Assembly (NCBI GenBank): GCA_947084995.1
Contig: CAMTUX010000034.1
Span: 14,547 to 78,546 of the forward strand
Source: an uncultured Roseococcus sp.
GTDB lineage: Bacteria; Pseudomonadota; Alphaproteobacteria; Acetobacterales; Acetobacteraceae
Direction: 5' to 3'
DNA: 64,000 nt
How positions within the stretch are numbered: the stretch's first letter is position 1; the number at the start of each line of letters is the position of its first letter. Of this stretch, positions 41,100-52,406 are shown one piece after another. The notes beneath the pieces are model-generated. The model ran no database searches. It had not been told where the DNA came from and saw only the letters and a list, made by a program, of their open reading frames with translations. The position numbers and the translations under genes were made by a program.

Positions 41100-43289
41100 A
41101 TGTCCAGCGCAGAAGCCCTCCCCCTTCCCGAATCCGACCCCGCCAACGATCCGGGCCGGTTCTTCAACCGCGAGCTGTCCTGGCTCGATTTCAACACCCG
41201 CGTGCTGGAGGAGGCGGCAAACCCCCAGCACCCCCTGCTGGAACGGCTGCGCTTCGTCGCCATCTCCGGCTCCAACCTCGATGAGTTCTATTCGGTGCGC
41301 GTGGCCGGGCTGGTCGGCCAGGAGCGCGAGGGCGTGCAGACGCTCACGCCGGATGGCCTCTCCCCCACGCAGCAATTGGCGGCCATCCAGGCGCGCGGCG
41401 CGACGCTGATCGAAGGCCAGCAGGAGGCCTGGCGCACCCTGCGCCATCTGCTGCGCCCCGCCGGCTTCGCCGTGCTCGACGCCGATGAATTGCAGCCCGC
41501 CGACATCGCCTGGCTGGAGCATTATTTCCAGGAGCGCATCTTCCCGCTCATCACGCCGCTGGCGGTGGACCCGGCGCATCCCTTCCCCTTCATCTCCAAC
41601 CTCGCCCTTTGCATGGTGCTGAAGCTGGTGCGCGAGGAGGATGGCGGCACGATGCGGGCGCTGATCAACCTGCCGCCCCAGGTGGAGCGCTTCATCCGCA
41701 TGCCCGCCAGCCCCGAAGGCGGTATCCGGTTCGCCGTGCTGGAGGATGTGGTAGCGCTCAACCTGCACCACCTCTTTCCCGGCTTCATCCCCGCCGAGCG
41801 CGGCCTGTTCCGCCTGATCCGCGACACCGATGTGGAGTTCGAGGAAGATGCCGAGGATCTGGTCCGCAGCTACGAGACGGCGCTGAAGCGCCGGCGCCGT
41901 GGCCGCGCCATCCGCCTCGCCGTGGATGCGCGCATGCCCTCCGACATGACGGATTTCGTGGCCGAGGAACTGGACGCAGACCGCTCGGCCGTCTTTGCCG
42001 TGGATGGGCTGCTGGGTGTCGCCGATCTCAAGACCCTCATCGTGGAAGACCGGCCCGACCTGCTGTTCACCCCCTACACGCCACGCTTCCCCGAGCGCAT
42101 CCTGGATTTCGGCGGCGATTGCTTCGCCGCCATCCGCGCCAAGGACATCGTGGTCCATCACCCCTACGAATCCTTCGACGTGGTGGTGCAGTTCCTGCGG
42201 CAAGCCGCGCGCGACCCCAATGTGGTCGGCATCAAGCAGACGCTCTACCGCACCAGCCGCGACAGTCCGATCGCCCGCGCGCTGATCGAAGCAGCCGAGG
42301 CCGGCAAATCCGTCACCGCCATGGTGGAGCTGAAGGCCCGCTTCGACGAGGAGCGCAACATCTCCATCGCGCGCGAACTGGAAGCGGCGGGCGTGCAGGT
42401 GGTCTATGGCTTCGTGGAACTGAAGACCCACGCCAAGATCAGCCTCGTCATCCGGCGCGAGGGCGCCAATCTTCGCAGCTACGCGCATTTCGGCACGGGC
42501 AATTACCACCCCATCACCGCGCGCATCTACACCGACCTCAGCTTCTTCACGGCTGATCCGGTGCTGACGCGCGATGCGTCGAAGCTGTTCAACTACATGA
42601 CCGGCTATGCCCGGCCCGAGGCGATGGAGCGCCTGGCCTTCGCGCCGCTCACCATCCGCCCCTCGCTGATGGGGCTGATCGAGCAGGAGGTCGCCTTCGC
42701 CTCGGCCGGCAAGCCGGGCGGCATCTGGCTCAAGATGAACAGCCTGGTGGACCATGATTTGATTGACGCGCTCTACCGCGCGAGCCAGGCGGGCGTGCGC
42801 GTCGAATGCGTGGTGCGCGGCATTTGCTGCCTGCGGCCTAGCGTGCCGGGCCTGTCGGAAAACATCCGCGTGAAGAGCATCGTAGGCCGCTTCCTGGAGC
42901 ATAGCCGCATCTACTGCTTCGGCAATGGCCACCGCCTGCCCTCGCGCCGCGCCCGCGTCTTCATCTCCAGCGCGGACTGGATGGCGCGCAACATGGATTG
43001 GCGCGTGGAAACCATGGTGCCGGTCCAGAATGCGACCGTGCATGCCCAGGTGCTGGACCAGATCATGGTGGTGAACCTGCGCGACGCCGCCCAAAGCTGG
43101 GACCTGGAGCCCGATGGCAGCTGGCGCCGCCGCACGCCGGACCCACGGCAATTCTCGGCGCATGAATACTTCATGACCAACCCTTCCCTTTCCGGCCGTG
43201 GCAGTGCGCTGCATGCGCCAACCCCACGCCCACCCTCTCACCGTCCCTTGGGCCGCCGCGCCAAGACGGACCGCCTTCATCAGGATTAG
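41100..43289 (+). CDS. ppk1: Polyphosphate kinase 1
   Basis: [32 protein letters not shown]. Confidence 0.96.
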   Translation: MSSAEALPLPESDPANDPGRFFNRELSWLDFNTRVLEEAANPQHPLLERLRFVAISGSNLDEFYSVRVAGLVGQEREGVQTLTPDGLSPTQQLAAIQARGATLIEGQQEAWRTLRHLLRPAGFAVLDADELQPADIAWLEHYFQERIFPLITPLAVDPAHPFPFISNLALCMVLKLVREEDGGTMRALINLPPQVERFIRMPASPEGGIRFAVLEDVVALNLHHLFPGFIPAERGLFRLIRDTDVEFEEDAEDLVRSYETALKRRRRGRAIRLAVDARMPSDMTDFVAEELDADRSAVFAVDGLLGVADLKTLIVEDRPDLLFTPYTPRFPERILDFGGDCFAAIRAKDIVVHHPYESFDVVVQFLRQAARDPNVVGIKQTLYRTSRDSPIARALIEAAEAGKSVTAMVELKARFDEERNISIARELEAAGVQVVYGFVELKTHAKISLVIRREGANLRSYAHFGTGNYHPITARIYTDLSFFTADPVLTRDASKLFNYMTGYARPEAMERLAFAPLTIRPSLMGLIEQEVAFASAGKPGGIWLKMNSLVDHDLIDALYRASQAGVRVECVVRGICCLRPSVPGLSENIRVKSIVGRFLEHSRIYCFGNGHRLPSRRARVFISSADWMARNMDWRVETMVPVQNATVHAQVLDQIMVVNLRDAAQSWDLEPDGSWRRRTPDPRQFSAHEYFMTNPSLSGRGSALHAPTPRPPSHRPLGRRAKTDRLHQD

Positions 43290-43292
43290 CGC

Positions 43293-44777
43293 ATGGCGTC
43301 TTCGCCCCAGCACCCGCCGCGTTTCGGCGTGGTGGATCTCGGTTCCAACTCGGTCCGGCTTGTTGTCTATGAGGGCCTGCTGCGGAACCCGCATGCCATC
43401 TTCAACGAGAAGGCCGTGCTGGGCCTGGGCCGCGGCCTGCACAGCACCGGCCTGCTGAACGAGGAAGCGTCCGCCCAGACGCTGACCGTGCTCGGCCGCT
43501 ACCACGCCCTCGCCCGCGGCATGGGGGCGGACCCGGTGGAGGTGCTGGCGACGGCGGCGGTGCGCGATGCCAGCAATGGCCAGGCCTTCATGGCGGGCCT
43601 GGCCCAAGTCATGCCAGGCGCCCGCGTCACCGTGCTCTCGGGCGATGAGGAGGCGCGCTTCTCGGCCGAGGGGCTGCTGCTGGGCGTGCCCCAGGCCGAT
43701 GGCGTGCTGGCGGATCTGGGCGGCGGCTCGCTCGAATTGGTGCGGCTGGTGCAGGGCCGCATCATGGAGACCACCTCGCTCCCCATCGGCACAATTCGCC
43801 TGGCCGAACGCGCCGAGGGCGATGTCGCCCGCGCGCGCGGCATCGCAGAAGCCGAATTCAAGCGCGTGCCCTGGCTGGGCGGCGGCGCGGTGAAGGATTT
43901 GTTCCTGGTGGGCGGAACCTTCCGCGCCATGGCCCGGATGCACATCGCGCAGACCGGCTATCCGCTCTCCATCGTCCATCACTACGCGATCCGCCGCGAG
44001 GAGGCACGCGACCTTGCCGGTGTCGTGATGAACGCGCCGCGCAAATCGCTGGAGCGCATGCCGGCCGCCCCCAGCAAGCGCGTGGGGGATCTGCCCTTCG
44101 CCGCCGTGGTCATGCGCCGCCTGCTGCGCGCCTCGGGCGCCGCGCGCGTCGTCTTCTCGGGCAATGGCCTGCGCGAGGGCTGGTATGGCCGCCGTCTGCA
44201 CGCGGCCGAACGCATGCGCGACCCGCTTCTGGCCGCCGCCCAGGAAATCGGCCTGCGCCTGGGCCGCGATGCCGGTCTGCCGCCCGCCCTGCTGCGCTGG
44301 ACAGAACCCCTGGTGGAGGAGGGCGACACCGAGCCCGCCTTACGCATCGCCGCCTGCTGGATCAGCGATAGCGGCGCGCTGGACCACCCGGAATACCGCG
44401 CCGAACAGGCCTTCTTCCGCCTGCTGCGCCTGCATGGCGTGGGACTCGACCACTACGCACGCGCCTTCCTGGCCCTGGTGGCCGCACTGCGCTACGAGGC
44501 CGATCCAACCGCCGCCTATCTGACGCCGGCGCGGCTGCTGCTCTCCGCCGCCTCCGTGCGGCGCGCGGAAATTCTGGGGGCCGCGCTGCGCCTGGGCTTC
44601 ACCCTCTCGGGCGGCGTGCCGAGCCTGCTGGATGCCACGCAGATGGAACGCCGCGGGCGGCGCCTGACGCTGAAGCTGGAGCAGGGCGCGGGCGTCTTCG
44701 CGGGCGAGAGCGTGTTACGGCGGCTGGAGGCACTGGCCCTCACCCTGGGGCTGGACCCGGCGTTGGAGGTGGCGTGA
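43293..44777 (+). CDS. ppx: Exopolyphosphatase
   Basis: DLGSNSVRL, ATAAVRDA, DLGGGSLE, GLREG; follows ppk1. Confidence 0.92.
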   Translation: MASSPQHPPRFGVVDLGSNSVRLVVYEGLLRNPHAIFNEKAVLGLGRGLHSTGLLNEEASAQTLTVLGRYHALARGMGADPVEVLATAAVRDASNGQAFMAGLAQVMPGARVTVLSGDEEARFSAEGLLLGVPQADGVLADLGGGSLELVRLVQGRIMETTSLPIGTIRLAERAEGDVARARGIAEAEFKRVPWLGGGAVKDLFLVGGTFRAMARMHIAQTGYPLSIVHHYAIRREEARDLAGVVMNAPRKSLERMPAAPSKRVGDLPFAAVVMRRLLRASGAARVVFSGNGLREGWYGRRLHAAERMRDPLLAAAQEIGLRLGRDAGLPPALLRWTEPLVEEGDTEPALRIAACWISDSGALDHPEYRAEQAFFRLLRLHGVGLDHYARAFLALVAALRYEADPTAAYLTPARLLLSAASVRRAEILGAALRLGFTLSGGVPSLLDATQMERRGRRLTLKLEQGAGVFAGESVLRRLEALALTLGLDPALEVA

Positions 44778-44792
44778 GCCCTTCCAGCCTGG

Positions 44793-45725
44793 CTAAGGCC
44801 GGAACACCGCCAGCAGCACCGTCAGCGTGAACAGCGACAGCAAGGTGGAGACCAGCACCGAGGCGCCCGAGGCCTCGGTCCCCACCGAATAGCGCCGCGC
44901 GAGAAGAAAGGCATTGGCGCCGGTCGGCAGCGCGGCCGTCACCGTCGCCACCGCGATTTCCAGTTCGGAGAGGCCCATCGCCGTGGTGATGGCCCAGACC
45001 AGCACCGGCAGCGCCACGAGCTTCAACGTCACCGTCACCGACATCTGCCGCCAGGCCGCCCGCGCATCGAAGCCATGCAGGCTGCCGCCCAGGCAGAACA
45101 GCGCGACAGGGGGCGAAGCCGCGCCCAGCAGTTCCAGCGTGCGCCGCGCCGCGCCCGGCACGGGCAGCGCCAGCGCGCTCCAGAGCATGGCCAGCACCAC
45201 CGCCATCACCACCGGGTTGCGGGCCACCCCCGCCAGGGTGGTCCCCAGCAGCCGCATCGGCGCCGCACGCTGGTTCTGGCCGATCTCGGCCACCACCGTC
45301 GCCGCCCCCAGCAGCACCATGGAATGCAGCGCCAGGATGGTGAGCAGGATGGCGAGCCCCTGCGGCCCGAAGGCTGCCAGGATCAGCGGAATCCCCATCA
45401 TCACCGTATTGCCGTAGCTGACATCGAGCGCGAGCATGCCACCCGCCGCCAGCCCCATCCCAGAACGCCGCGCCCCCCAGAGCACCGCCACGTAGAGCAG
45501 CCCCGCCGCCGCGAAAAAAGCCAGCGCCGCCGCCCCGCCGCCCTGGTGCCCCGCCGTGCCGCTGGCAAACAGCAGCGCGGGCGCGGCCAGCGAGAAGGCG
45601 AAGATATTGAGGCCCTTGAACCCCGCCGCATCCACGAAGCCGCGCGCCGCCGAGAGATATCCCGCCGCGATGAGGGCGAAGATCGGCGCCACCACCTCCA
45701 GCAGGACGAGGAAGGCGTCCCTCAC
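44793..45725 (-). CDS. AEC family transporter
   Basis: Multi-TM, N..MGIP, RNP, LPTG.N.F. Confidence 0.88.
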   Translation of the reverse strand: MRDAFLVLLEVVAPIFALIAAGYLSAARGFVDAAGFKGLNIFAFSLAAPALLFASGTAGHQGGGAAALAFFAAAGLLYVAVLWGARRSGMGLAAGGMLALDVSYGNTVMMGIPLILAAFGPQGLAILLTILALHSMVLLGAATVVAEIGQNQRAAPMRLLGTTLAGVARNPVVMAVVLAMLWSALALPVPGAARRTLELLGAASPPVALFCLGGSLHGFDARAAWRQMSVTVTLKLVALPVLVWAITTAMGLSELEIAVATVTAALPTGANAFLLARRYSVGTEASGASVLVSTLLSLFTLTVLLAVFRP

Positions 45726-46345
45726 GCGCCGCGCAGCAAGGTGGCGGCAAAGCCCGGCAGCCAGGACTGGCGGCTGCGATGGGTGCGTGCCGCATGCAGG
45801 ATGGCACGCACATTGGCGACGGTCGCCGCGAAATCCTCATTCACCAGCACATGGTCGAACTCATCCCAATGGGCCAATTCGGTGCGGGCGGCGGTCATGC
45901 GGCGGGCGATTTCCTCATCGCTATCCTGGTTGCGGTCACGCAGCCGGCGCTCCAGCTCGGCCAGGGAGGGTGGCAGCAGGAAGATACCCACCACATCCTG
46001 CGCCATCTTCGCGCGCAATTGGCGGTGGCCCTGCCACTCGATATCAAACAGCACATCCTGGCCGGAGGCCAGCGCCGCCTCCACCGCCGGGCGCGGCGTG
46101 CCGTAGGATCGGCCGAGGAAGCTGGCGTGTTCCAGCAATTCCTCGGCGGCGACCATGGCCGCGAATTCCTCAGGCGAGCGGAAGAAGTAATGCACGCCCT
46201 CCTCCTCGCCCGGGCGCGGGGCGCGGGTGGTGGCACTGACGGAAAGCGCCAATTCCGGCTCGGTCTTCAGCAACTCGCGCGAGACGCTGGTCTTGCCCCC
46301 TCCGGGTGCGGAGGCGAGCACGAGACAGACGCCACGGCGAGGCAT
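45722..46345 (-). CDS. gmk: Guanylate kinase
   Basis: PGGGKT, SATTR.PR.GE..G..Y.F, YGTP, DI..QG; start may be up to 46405. Confidence 0.95.
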   Translation of the reverse strand: MPRRGVCLVLASAPGGGKTSVSRELLKTEPELALSVSATTRAPRPGEEEGVHYFFRSPEEFAAMVAAEELLEHASFLGRSYGTPRPAVEAALASGQDVLFDIEWQGHRQLRAKMAQDVVGIFLLPPSLAELERRLRDRNQDSDEEIARRMTAARTELAHWDEFDHVLVNEDFAATVANVRAILHAARTHRSRQSWLPGFAATLLRGA

Positions 46346-46394
46346 GTTGCCCGGCCGATTCACGCTCGGCTCCGCTTCGCAATCGAACGGGGTC

Positions 46395-47294
46395 TCACTC
46401 AACATTGGCCGCCTGCTCCCTGAGCCGCTCTATGGCGGCCTTCAATTCCAGCCCGATGCGCGTCAGGGCGATGCTGGCGGATTTGCTGCACAATGTATTC
46501 GCCTCGCGCACGAATTCCTGCACGAGGAAGTCAAGCTTCCGGCCCGCCCCCTCGCCTGTCGCCACCAAGGCCCGCGCGGCGGCGAGATGCGCGCCGAGCC
46601 GGTCCAGCTCCTCGCGCACATCGGATTTGGCGGCGAGCAGCGCCACCTCCTGCGCCAGGCGTTCTTCCGGGAAGCGGGCGCGGCCGGCTTCGCCCAGCAG
46701 GGCGGCCAGGCTTTCCATCAGCTTCGCCCGCTGCGCCTCGGGCTGCGTCGCGGCCTCGGTCGCGGCCGCGGCGCAGAGGGCTGCGATCTCATCCAGCAGC
46801 GCAGTCAGGATGGCGGCGAGGCGCGCGCCCTCCACCGCCCGCGATTCCCACAGCGCGGCAAGAGCGCGCTGGAAGGCGGCGTTCAGCAGCATGCGCCGCG
46901 CCTCCTCCTCAGCCTCGCTCGGTTCGGCCTGTTCGGCGCGGAAAATGCCGGGCAGGCCGAGCAGCGCCTCGGCGCGGGGTGGCTCGGCGCCGAGGCGGCC
47001 GGCCAGCGCCTGGGCCATCTCCACCATGCGGTCCAGCGCTGCCATATCGGCGGCCAGCGGTGCGCGGCCTTCCTGCTTCAAGGTCAGGCCGATCTGCACA
47101 TTGCCGCGCTTGAAGCGCCTGGCCACCGCCTCGCGCGCCGGGCCTTCCAGCGCGTCCAGGCCGGGCGGCAGGCGGAAGCGCAGCTCCAGCCCGCGGCCAT
47201 TCACCGATTTCATCTCCCAGGCGAAGGCGGAGCCATCGGCCAGGGTGCCGGCCTCCCGCGCGAAGCCCGTCATGCTGCAAAGGCGCTGTGTCAT
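46395..47294 (-). CDS. yicC: YicC/YloC family endoribonuclease
   Basis: SMTGFAR, SVNGR.L, GRKLDFL.QE..REANT.CSK, REQ..NVE. Confidence 0.93.
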   Translation of the reverse strand: MTQRLCSMTGFAREAGTLADGSAFAWEMKSVNGRGLELRFRLPPGLDALEGPAREAVARRFKRGNVQIGLTLKQEGRAPLAADMAALDRMVEMAQALAGRLGAEPPRAEALLGLPGIFRAEQAEPSEAEEEARRMLLNAAFQRALAALWESRAVEGARLAAILTALLDEIAALCAAAATEAATQPEAQRAKLMESLAALLGEAGRARFPEERLAQEVALLAAKSDVREELDRLGAHLAAARALVATGEGAGRKLDFLVQEFVREANTLCSKSASIALTRIGLELKAAIERLREQAANVE

Positions 47295-47517
47295 GCGGCT
47301 TTGTCCCGCGAGAGGCGCGGGCTGTCCAGGGCGCGGGCGGCCCGGCGGGCAGTCCCATGAAGGTGAGTGGCGGGCTGAACAGCAGCGCATCGCCCATGCG
47401 CCGCGAGCGTTGCGCGCAATTCCTGGGCATCGCACCCGCGCCGGTCAATTCGCCGGCCGCCTCTCGACGCGGCCGCCAGGGGCGGCCAAACCCCCCGCTG
47501 ACAGCAGCGGGGGTTTC

Positions 47518-48285
47518 ATGTCCATCCTGATCACGGGGGCGTCAGCCGGACTCGGTGCCGCGCTGGCGGTGGAATGCGCGGCGCCAGGCGTGGTGCTGCA
47601 TCTCTCGGCCCGCAATGCCGCCCGGCTCGTGACAACGGTCGCGGCCTGCGAGGCCAAGGGCGCGACAGTACATCCCCTGGGCCTTGATGTCCGCGATCAG
47701 CTTGGCATGGCGGCATGGATCGGCGGCGCGGGGCGGCTTGATCTCGTCATCGCCAATGCCGGCATCAGCGCCGGCACAGGCAATGGCTCCGAAGCACCCG
47801 AGATCGTGCGCGACATCTTCGAGACCAATGTGACCGGCGTGCTGAACACCGCCCTGCCCGCCATCACCGCCATGGCCGCGCAGGCGCCCGGCGCCGATGG
47901 ACTGCGCGGGCGCGTGGCCGTGATCGCCTCCATCGCGGCCTTCGTGGCGGGCCCGACCGCCCCGGCCTATTGCGCCAGCAAAGCCGCCGTGCAGCGCTGG
48001 GCCGAAGCGCGCGACGCGACCGAGCGCAAGCGCGGCATTCGGCTGCATGCCATCTGCCCGGGCTTCATCCGCACCGCTATCACCGACCGCAACGCCTTCC
48101 CCATGCCGGGGTTGATGGAACCCGAGCAGGCGGCGCGCCTCACTCTGGCCGGCATCCGCGCCGGGCGGCTGCGGGTAGCTTACCCCCGCCCCTTCTATGC
48201 GATGAGCCGCGTGATGGGCGCGCTGCCACCCGCCTGGCGGAACCGGCTGCTGCTGCGCCTCCCGCCCAAGGCTGGAACGGCTTGA
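47518..48285 (+). CDS. SDR family oxidoreductase
   Basis: TGASAGLG, ANAG, YCASK. Confidence 0.9.
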   Translation: MSILITGASAGLGAALAVECAAPGVVLHLSARNAARLVTTVAACEAKGATVHPLGLDVRDQLGMAAWIGGAGRLDLVIANAGISAGTGNGSEAPEIVRDIFETNVTGVLNTALPAITAMAAQAPGADGLRGRVAVIASIAAFVAGPTAPAYCASKAAVQRWAEARDATERKRGIRLHAICPGFIRTAITDRNAFPMPGLMEPEQAARLTLAGIRAGRLRVAYPRPFYAMSRVMGALPPAWRNRLLLRLPPKAGTA

Positions 48286-48335
48286 CGCTCCGCCCCTCGC
48301 GGCCGATGTGGAAGGCAATTCATCGGGAGAAGACC

Positions 48336-49286
48336 ATGCACCTGCCACGCCGCCTTGCCCTCGCCCTGCCGGCCCTCGCCCTGCCCGGCCTGGCCCGCGC
48401 GCAATCCCGCCCCATTCGCATCGTGGTTCCCTTCGCGGCCGGTGGCGCCGCCGATAGTGCCACGCGCAGCATCACGCCGCGCATGAGCGAGCGGCTGGGC
48501 CAGTCCATCGTGGTGGAAAACCGCACCGGCGCCGGCGGATCGGTCGGAGGTGGCGAGGTGGCCCGCAGCGCGCCCGATGGCACGACGCTGCTGATGGACG
48601 CCTCCAGCCACATCGTGAATCCCAGCCTGCTGCGCGGCCTGCCATTCGACTACGCGACGGCCTTCACGCCCATTTCGCTCGTCTGCACCTTCCCCCAGGT
48701 GCTGGCCGTCAAGGCGGACCTGCCGGCGCGCAACCTGGCGGAGTTCATCGCCCTGGCCCGCCGCCAGCCACTCAATATCGGCACGCAGGGCAATGCCACC
48801 GCCGGCCACCTCGGCCTCGCGCAGCTCAACCGGGCGGCGGGCATCGAGACGACGCATGTGCCCTATCGCGGTGGCGCGGATGCGGCGCGGGACCTCGCCG
48901 CCGGCACGCTGGATGCCTGCTTCATCACGATGCTTTCGGCCGGGCCGATCGTGGATAGCGGGCGGGCGCGCTTCATCGCCGTCTCGGCCGCGCAGCGTGT
49001 GCCGCTGCGCCCGGATGTGCCGACCTTCGCCGAACTCGGCACGCCCGGCATCGAACTGAGCGAATGGGTGGCGATGTTCGCCCCCGCCGCTACGCCCGCC
49101 GGCCCCATCGCCGCCATCCATGCGGCCCTGGTCGCCACGCTGGCCGAGGCGCCGGTCCGGGCGCGACTCGCCCAGCTCGCCGCCGTGCCGGTGGGCAATA
49201 CGCCGGAGGAGTTCGCCCGCTTCGTGACCCAGGGCCGCGCCGCCATGGCCGAACTGGTGCGCGTGGCGAATATCCGCATTGAATAG
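48336..49286 (+). CDS. Bug/TctC tripartite tricarboxylate transporter substrate-binding protein
   Basis: VPFAAGG.AD, VENRTGAGG, PDG.TL, HVPYRG, PDVPT. Confidence 0.92.
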   Translation: MHLPRRLALALPALALPGLARAQSRPIRIVVPFAAGGAADSATRSITPRMSERLGQSIVVENRTGAGGSVGGGEVARSAPDGTTLLMDASSHIVNPSLLRGLPFDYATAFTPISLVCTFPQVLAVKADLPARNLAEFIALARRQPLNIGTQGNATAGHLGLAQLNRAAGIETTHVPYRGGADAARDLAAGTLDACFITMLSAGPIVDSGRARFIAVSAAQRVPLRPDVPTFAELGTPGIELSEWVAMFAPAATPAGPIAAIHAALVATLAEAPVRARLAQLAAVPVGNTPEEFARFVTQGRAAMAELVRVANIRIE

Positions 49287-49701
49287 GCGCATCCTCCTCA
49301 CCCTCGCGCTCATGCCGCTCGCGGCGCGGGCGGAGCCGCCCGAGGTTCTGCTCCTCGCCGGGCAGCCGGTGCTGGAACTGGCGCGCCATCCCACCGTCGG
49401 GCCGCGCCTGCGCTCCATGTCGGCCGGTCGGCAGCGCGTCGTGAGCGCCGCCCTGCGTGGGCCAGGCCCGCCCCTCGCCGTCACCGATGGCCGCTGGGTG
49501 CATGGCTATGGCGTGACGGCACAGGCGCGGGTCTTTCTCGGCCTCGACACCCACACCGAGTCGGTGGTGATCCTGCTGCTGGAGGATGGGCGGCCCTCCC
49601 TCTTTATCCCGCCGCGCGTGGCGCGCTGGCCCTCCGCGCTGCAACCGGCCTTGCGGGAATTCGCGCCAGAGATGGCGGCGGTGATGCGCTTCACCCAATA
49701 G
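49279..49701 (+). CDS. Exported hypothetical protein
   Basis: TTG start overlapping the upstream stop; signal peptide MNRRILLTLALMPLAARA. Confidence 0.65.
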   Translation: MNRRILLTLALMPLAARAEPPEVLLLAGQPVLELARHPTVGPRLRSMSAGRQRVVSAALRGPGPPLAVTDGRWVHGYGVTAQARVFLGLDTHTESVVILLLEDGRPSLFIPPRVARWPSALQPALREFAPEMAAVMRFTQ

Positions 49702-49703
49702 GC

Positions 49704-49738
49704 AAAGAAAAGGGGCGAAGGGTTTCCCCCTCGCCCCT
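49704..49738 (-). terminator. Rho-independent terminator of the alpha operon
   Basis: AGGGGCGA..TCGCCCCT stem followed by a U-rich tract on the minus strand. Confidence 0.75.
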
Positions 49739-49763
49739 GTTCAGGAAAGCCTGGAGGCTTGGT

Positions 49764-50186
49764 TTACGCCGCCTCCTGCTCCTCGGTCACTTCCGGCTTC
49801 GGGCCGCTATCCAGGCCCTTGGCGGCAATATCGCGGTCCACCAGCTCGATCACCGCCATTGCGGCGGCGTCGCCGTAGCGGAAACCGGCCTTCAGCACGC
49901 GGCAATAGCCGCCCTGGCGCGTCTTGTAGCGCTCGGCAATGGTCGTGAACAGCTTCTCCACCACTGCGTCATCCATCACGATCGCATGGGCCTGGCGGCG
50001 CGCATGCAGGCCACCGCGCTTGGCGAGGGTGATGATGCGCTCAACATAGGGGCGCAGCTCCTTCGCCTTGGGCAGCGTGGTGGTGATCTGCTCGTGCTTC
50101 AGCAGGCTGGTCGCCATGTTGCGAAACATGGCCGCCCGGTGGGACGAGGTGACGTTCAGCTTCCGATTGGCCATACCGTGACGCAT
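49764..50186 (-). CDS. rplQ: 50S ribosomal protein L17
   Basis: [17 protein letters not shown]. Confidence 0.97.
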   Translation of the reverse strand: MRHGMANRKLNVTSSHRAAMFRNMATSLLKHEQITTTLPKAKELRPYVERIITLAKRGGLHARRQAHAIVMDDAVVEKLFTTIAERYKTRQGGYCRVLKAGFRYGDAAAMAVIELVDRDIAAKGLDSGPKPEVTEEQEAA

Positions 50187-50285
50187 AACAAGTCTCCATT
50201 GGTGGGCCGCTAGCCCAAACCCAGTTCATTATTCACCCCGAACCCGCCCCGCGAAGCCGGGTGCTCACCCGGCCTGCGGCAGCGG

Positions 50286-51302
50286 CTAGAACGGGTCTTC
50301 GATCCGCTTCGCCAGGTCTTCGATGTTCTCGGGCGGCCAGCCGATGATCGGCATGCCCAGCGAGAGGCCCATCGAGGCCAGCACTTCCTTGATCTCATTC
50401 AGCGATTTGCGGCCGAAATTCGGCGTCCGGAGCATTTCCTGCTCGGACTTCTGCACGAGGTCACCGATATAGACGATGTTGTCGTTCTTCAGGCAATTCG
50501 CCGAACGGACGGAGAGCTCAAGCTCATCCACCTTGCGGAGCAGGTTGCGGTTGAAGGGAAGGTCGTCCTCCACCTCATCGCGCATCTTCTCGCGCGGCTC
50601 CTCGAAGGTGACAAAGAGCGCGAGTTGGTCCTGCAGGATGCGGGCGGCGAGTGCCACGGCATCCTCGGGGACGATCGTGCCATTGGTCTCCAGCGAGAGC
50701 ACCAGGCGGTCATAATCGGTCACCTGGCCGACGCGGGTCGGCTCGACGCGGTAGGACACCTTGCGGACGGGCGAATAGATCGCGTCCACCGGGATCATGC
50801 CGATGGGGGCATCCTCGGCGCGGTTCATCGCAGCCGGCACATAGCCGCGGCCAACCTGGACGGTGAGTTCCATGGCGAGCTTCGCGCCGTCATCCAGCGT
50901 GCAGATCACCAGTTCCGGATTCGCGATCTCGATGTCGCCCGTGGTCTGGATCATCGCGGCGGTGACTTCGCCGGGGCCGGTCGCCGTCAGCATCAGGCGC
51001 TTCGTGCCCTCGCCATTATAGCGAATGGCGAGTTGCTTGAGGTTCAGGATGATGTCCGTCACGTCTTCGCGCGCGCCGGTCAGGCTGCTGAATTCATGCA
51101 GCACGCCGTCAATCTTGACGCCCGTGACGGCCGCACCCTGCAAGGAGGAGAGCAACACGCGACGCAGCGCATTGCCCAGCGTCTGGCCGAAGCCACGCTC
51201 CAGCGGCTCGGCCACCAGGGTCGCCTGGCGCAGATCAGTGCTACCCGACTCGACCTGGAGCTTCTCAGGCTTGATCAGGGATTGCCAGTTGCGTTCGAGC
51301 AA
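50286..51302 (-). CDS. rpoA: RNA polymerase alpha subunit
   Basis: [25 protein letters not shown]. Confidence 0.97.
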   Translation of the reverse strand: MLERNWQSLIKPEKLQVESGSTDLRQATLVAEPLERGFGQTLGNALRRVLLSSLQGAAVTGVKIDGVLHEFSSLTGAREDVTDIILNLKQLAIRYNGEGTKRLMLTATGPGEVTAAMIQTTGDIEIANPELVICTLDDGAKLAMELTVQVGRGYVPAAMNRAEDAPIGMIPVDAIYSPVRKVSYRVEPTRVGQVTDYDRLVLSLETNGTIVPEDAVALAARILQDQLALFVTFEEPREKMRDEVEDDLPFNRNLLRKVDELELSVRSANCLKNDNIVYIGDLVQKSEQEMLRTPNFGRKSLNEIKEVLASMGLSLGMPIIGWPPENIEDLAKRIEDPF

Positions 51303-51427
51303 GGGTGTCTCTCCTAGAGCAGATCAGGTCCTGGCAAGACGCGCCAAGGTGAATGAAGATGCTCGCAAAACCAAAAATCCGCGGGCGCGGCCGACATCGG
51401 CGCACCCGCGGTCGCAAGGCCCCGCGA

Positions 51428-51823
51428 TCAGACGCGACGGCGCTTGCGCGGACGGCAACCATTATGCGGGATCGGCGTCACGTCGCGGATGGCGGTCACG
51501 TGGAAGCCCACGGACTGCAATGCGCGCAGCGCCGATTCGCGACCCGAACCAGGGCCGGAGACCATGACCTCGACGGTCTCCATGCCATGCTCGCGGGCCT
51601 TCATGCCAGCATCCTCGGCGGCCATCTGGGCGGCATAGGGCGTGCTCTTGCGGCTGCCCTTGAAGCCCTTTGCCCCAGAGGAGGACCAGGCAATCGAATT
51701 GCCCTGGGCATCCGTGATGGTCACGATGGTATTGTTGAAGGTCGCGAGAACATGCGCCACGCCGGAGCTGATGTTCTTGCGTTCTTTCTTCTTCGGGCGG
51801 GAACCGCCGGGGGTGCGGGCCAT
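51428..51823 (-). CDS. rpsK: 30S ribosomal protein S11
   Basis: [22 protein letters not shown]. Confidence 0.97.
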   Translation of the reverse strand: MARTPGGSRPKKKERKNISSGVAHVLATFNNTIVTITDAQGNSIAWSSSGAKGFKGSRKSTPYAAQMAAEDAGMKAREHGMETVEVMVSGPGSGRESALRALQSVGFHVTAIRDVTPIPHNGCRPRKRRRV

Positions 51824-51824
51824 C

Positions 51825-52202
51825 TTACTTCGTCACCTTCTTCTTGCCGGCAATGGCCACGGCCTTACCCTTGCGCGTGCGCGCATTGGTATGCGTACGC
51901 TGCCCGCGGACCGGCAGGCCACGGCGATGCCGCAGGCCGCGATAGCAGGCCATGTCCATGAGGCGCTTGATGTTCATCGCCACTTCACGACGGAGGTCAC
52001 CCTCCACGCGATAGTCACGATCAATCACTTCGCGCAGCTTCACGATCTCTTCGTCGGTCAACTGGTTCACGCGGCGCTCGGCCGGAATCCCCACCTGCTG
52101 GCAGATGGTCACGGCATTCTGCGGGCCGATGCCATAAATATAGCGCAGGGAAATCACCACGCGCTTGTTGGTGGGGATGTTCACGCCAGCGATACGCGCC
52201 AC
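51825..52202 (-). CDS. rpsM: 30S ribosomal protein S13
   Basis: [22 protein letters not shown]; GTG start. Confidence 0.96.
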   Translation of the reverse strand: MARIAGVNIPTNKRVVISLRYIYGIGPQNAVTICQQVGIPAERRVNQLTDEEIVKLREVIDRDYRVEGDLRREVAMNIKRLMDMACYRGLRHRRGLPVRGQRTHTNARTRKGKAVAIAGKKKVTK

Positions 52203-52377
52203 GTTCAAGCTCCTGTGGCCCCCGGAGGGGCCCGTCCAATGGTTACCGCGGTTCCGGAAGCCCGGCCTTACGGCGAAAAATACTCTACCCGACTGCACGC
52301 CCCGACTGGCGCGTTGACCAAAAGACAACGCGGCCGAAGAATGCCTTGAAGACACTCCGCGCCCGTGAGAGGGGCGC

Positions 52378-52406
52378 AGATAGAACCAAGCCCTGCCCTG
52401 CGTCAA
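52378..52406 (-). promoter_or_regulatory. Possible sigma70 promoter of the rpsM-rpoA operon
   Basis: TTGACG-N17-CTATCT on the minus strand. Confidence 0.4.

Noticed and set aside
40488-44201. 1237-aa minus-strand ORF (and similar long ORFs at 16013-18700, 21456-23747, 33089-35104)
   Set aside because: Antisense shadows of real high-GC genes; no recognisable motifs.
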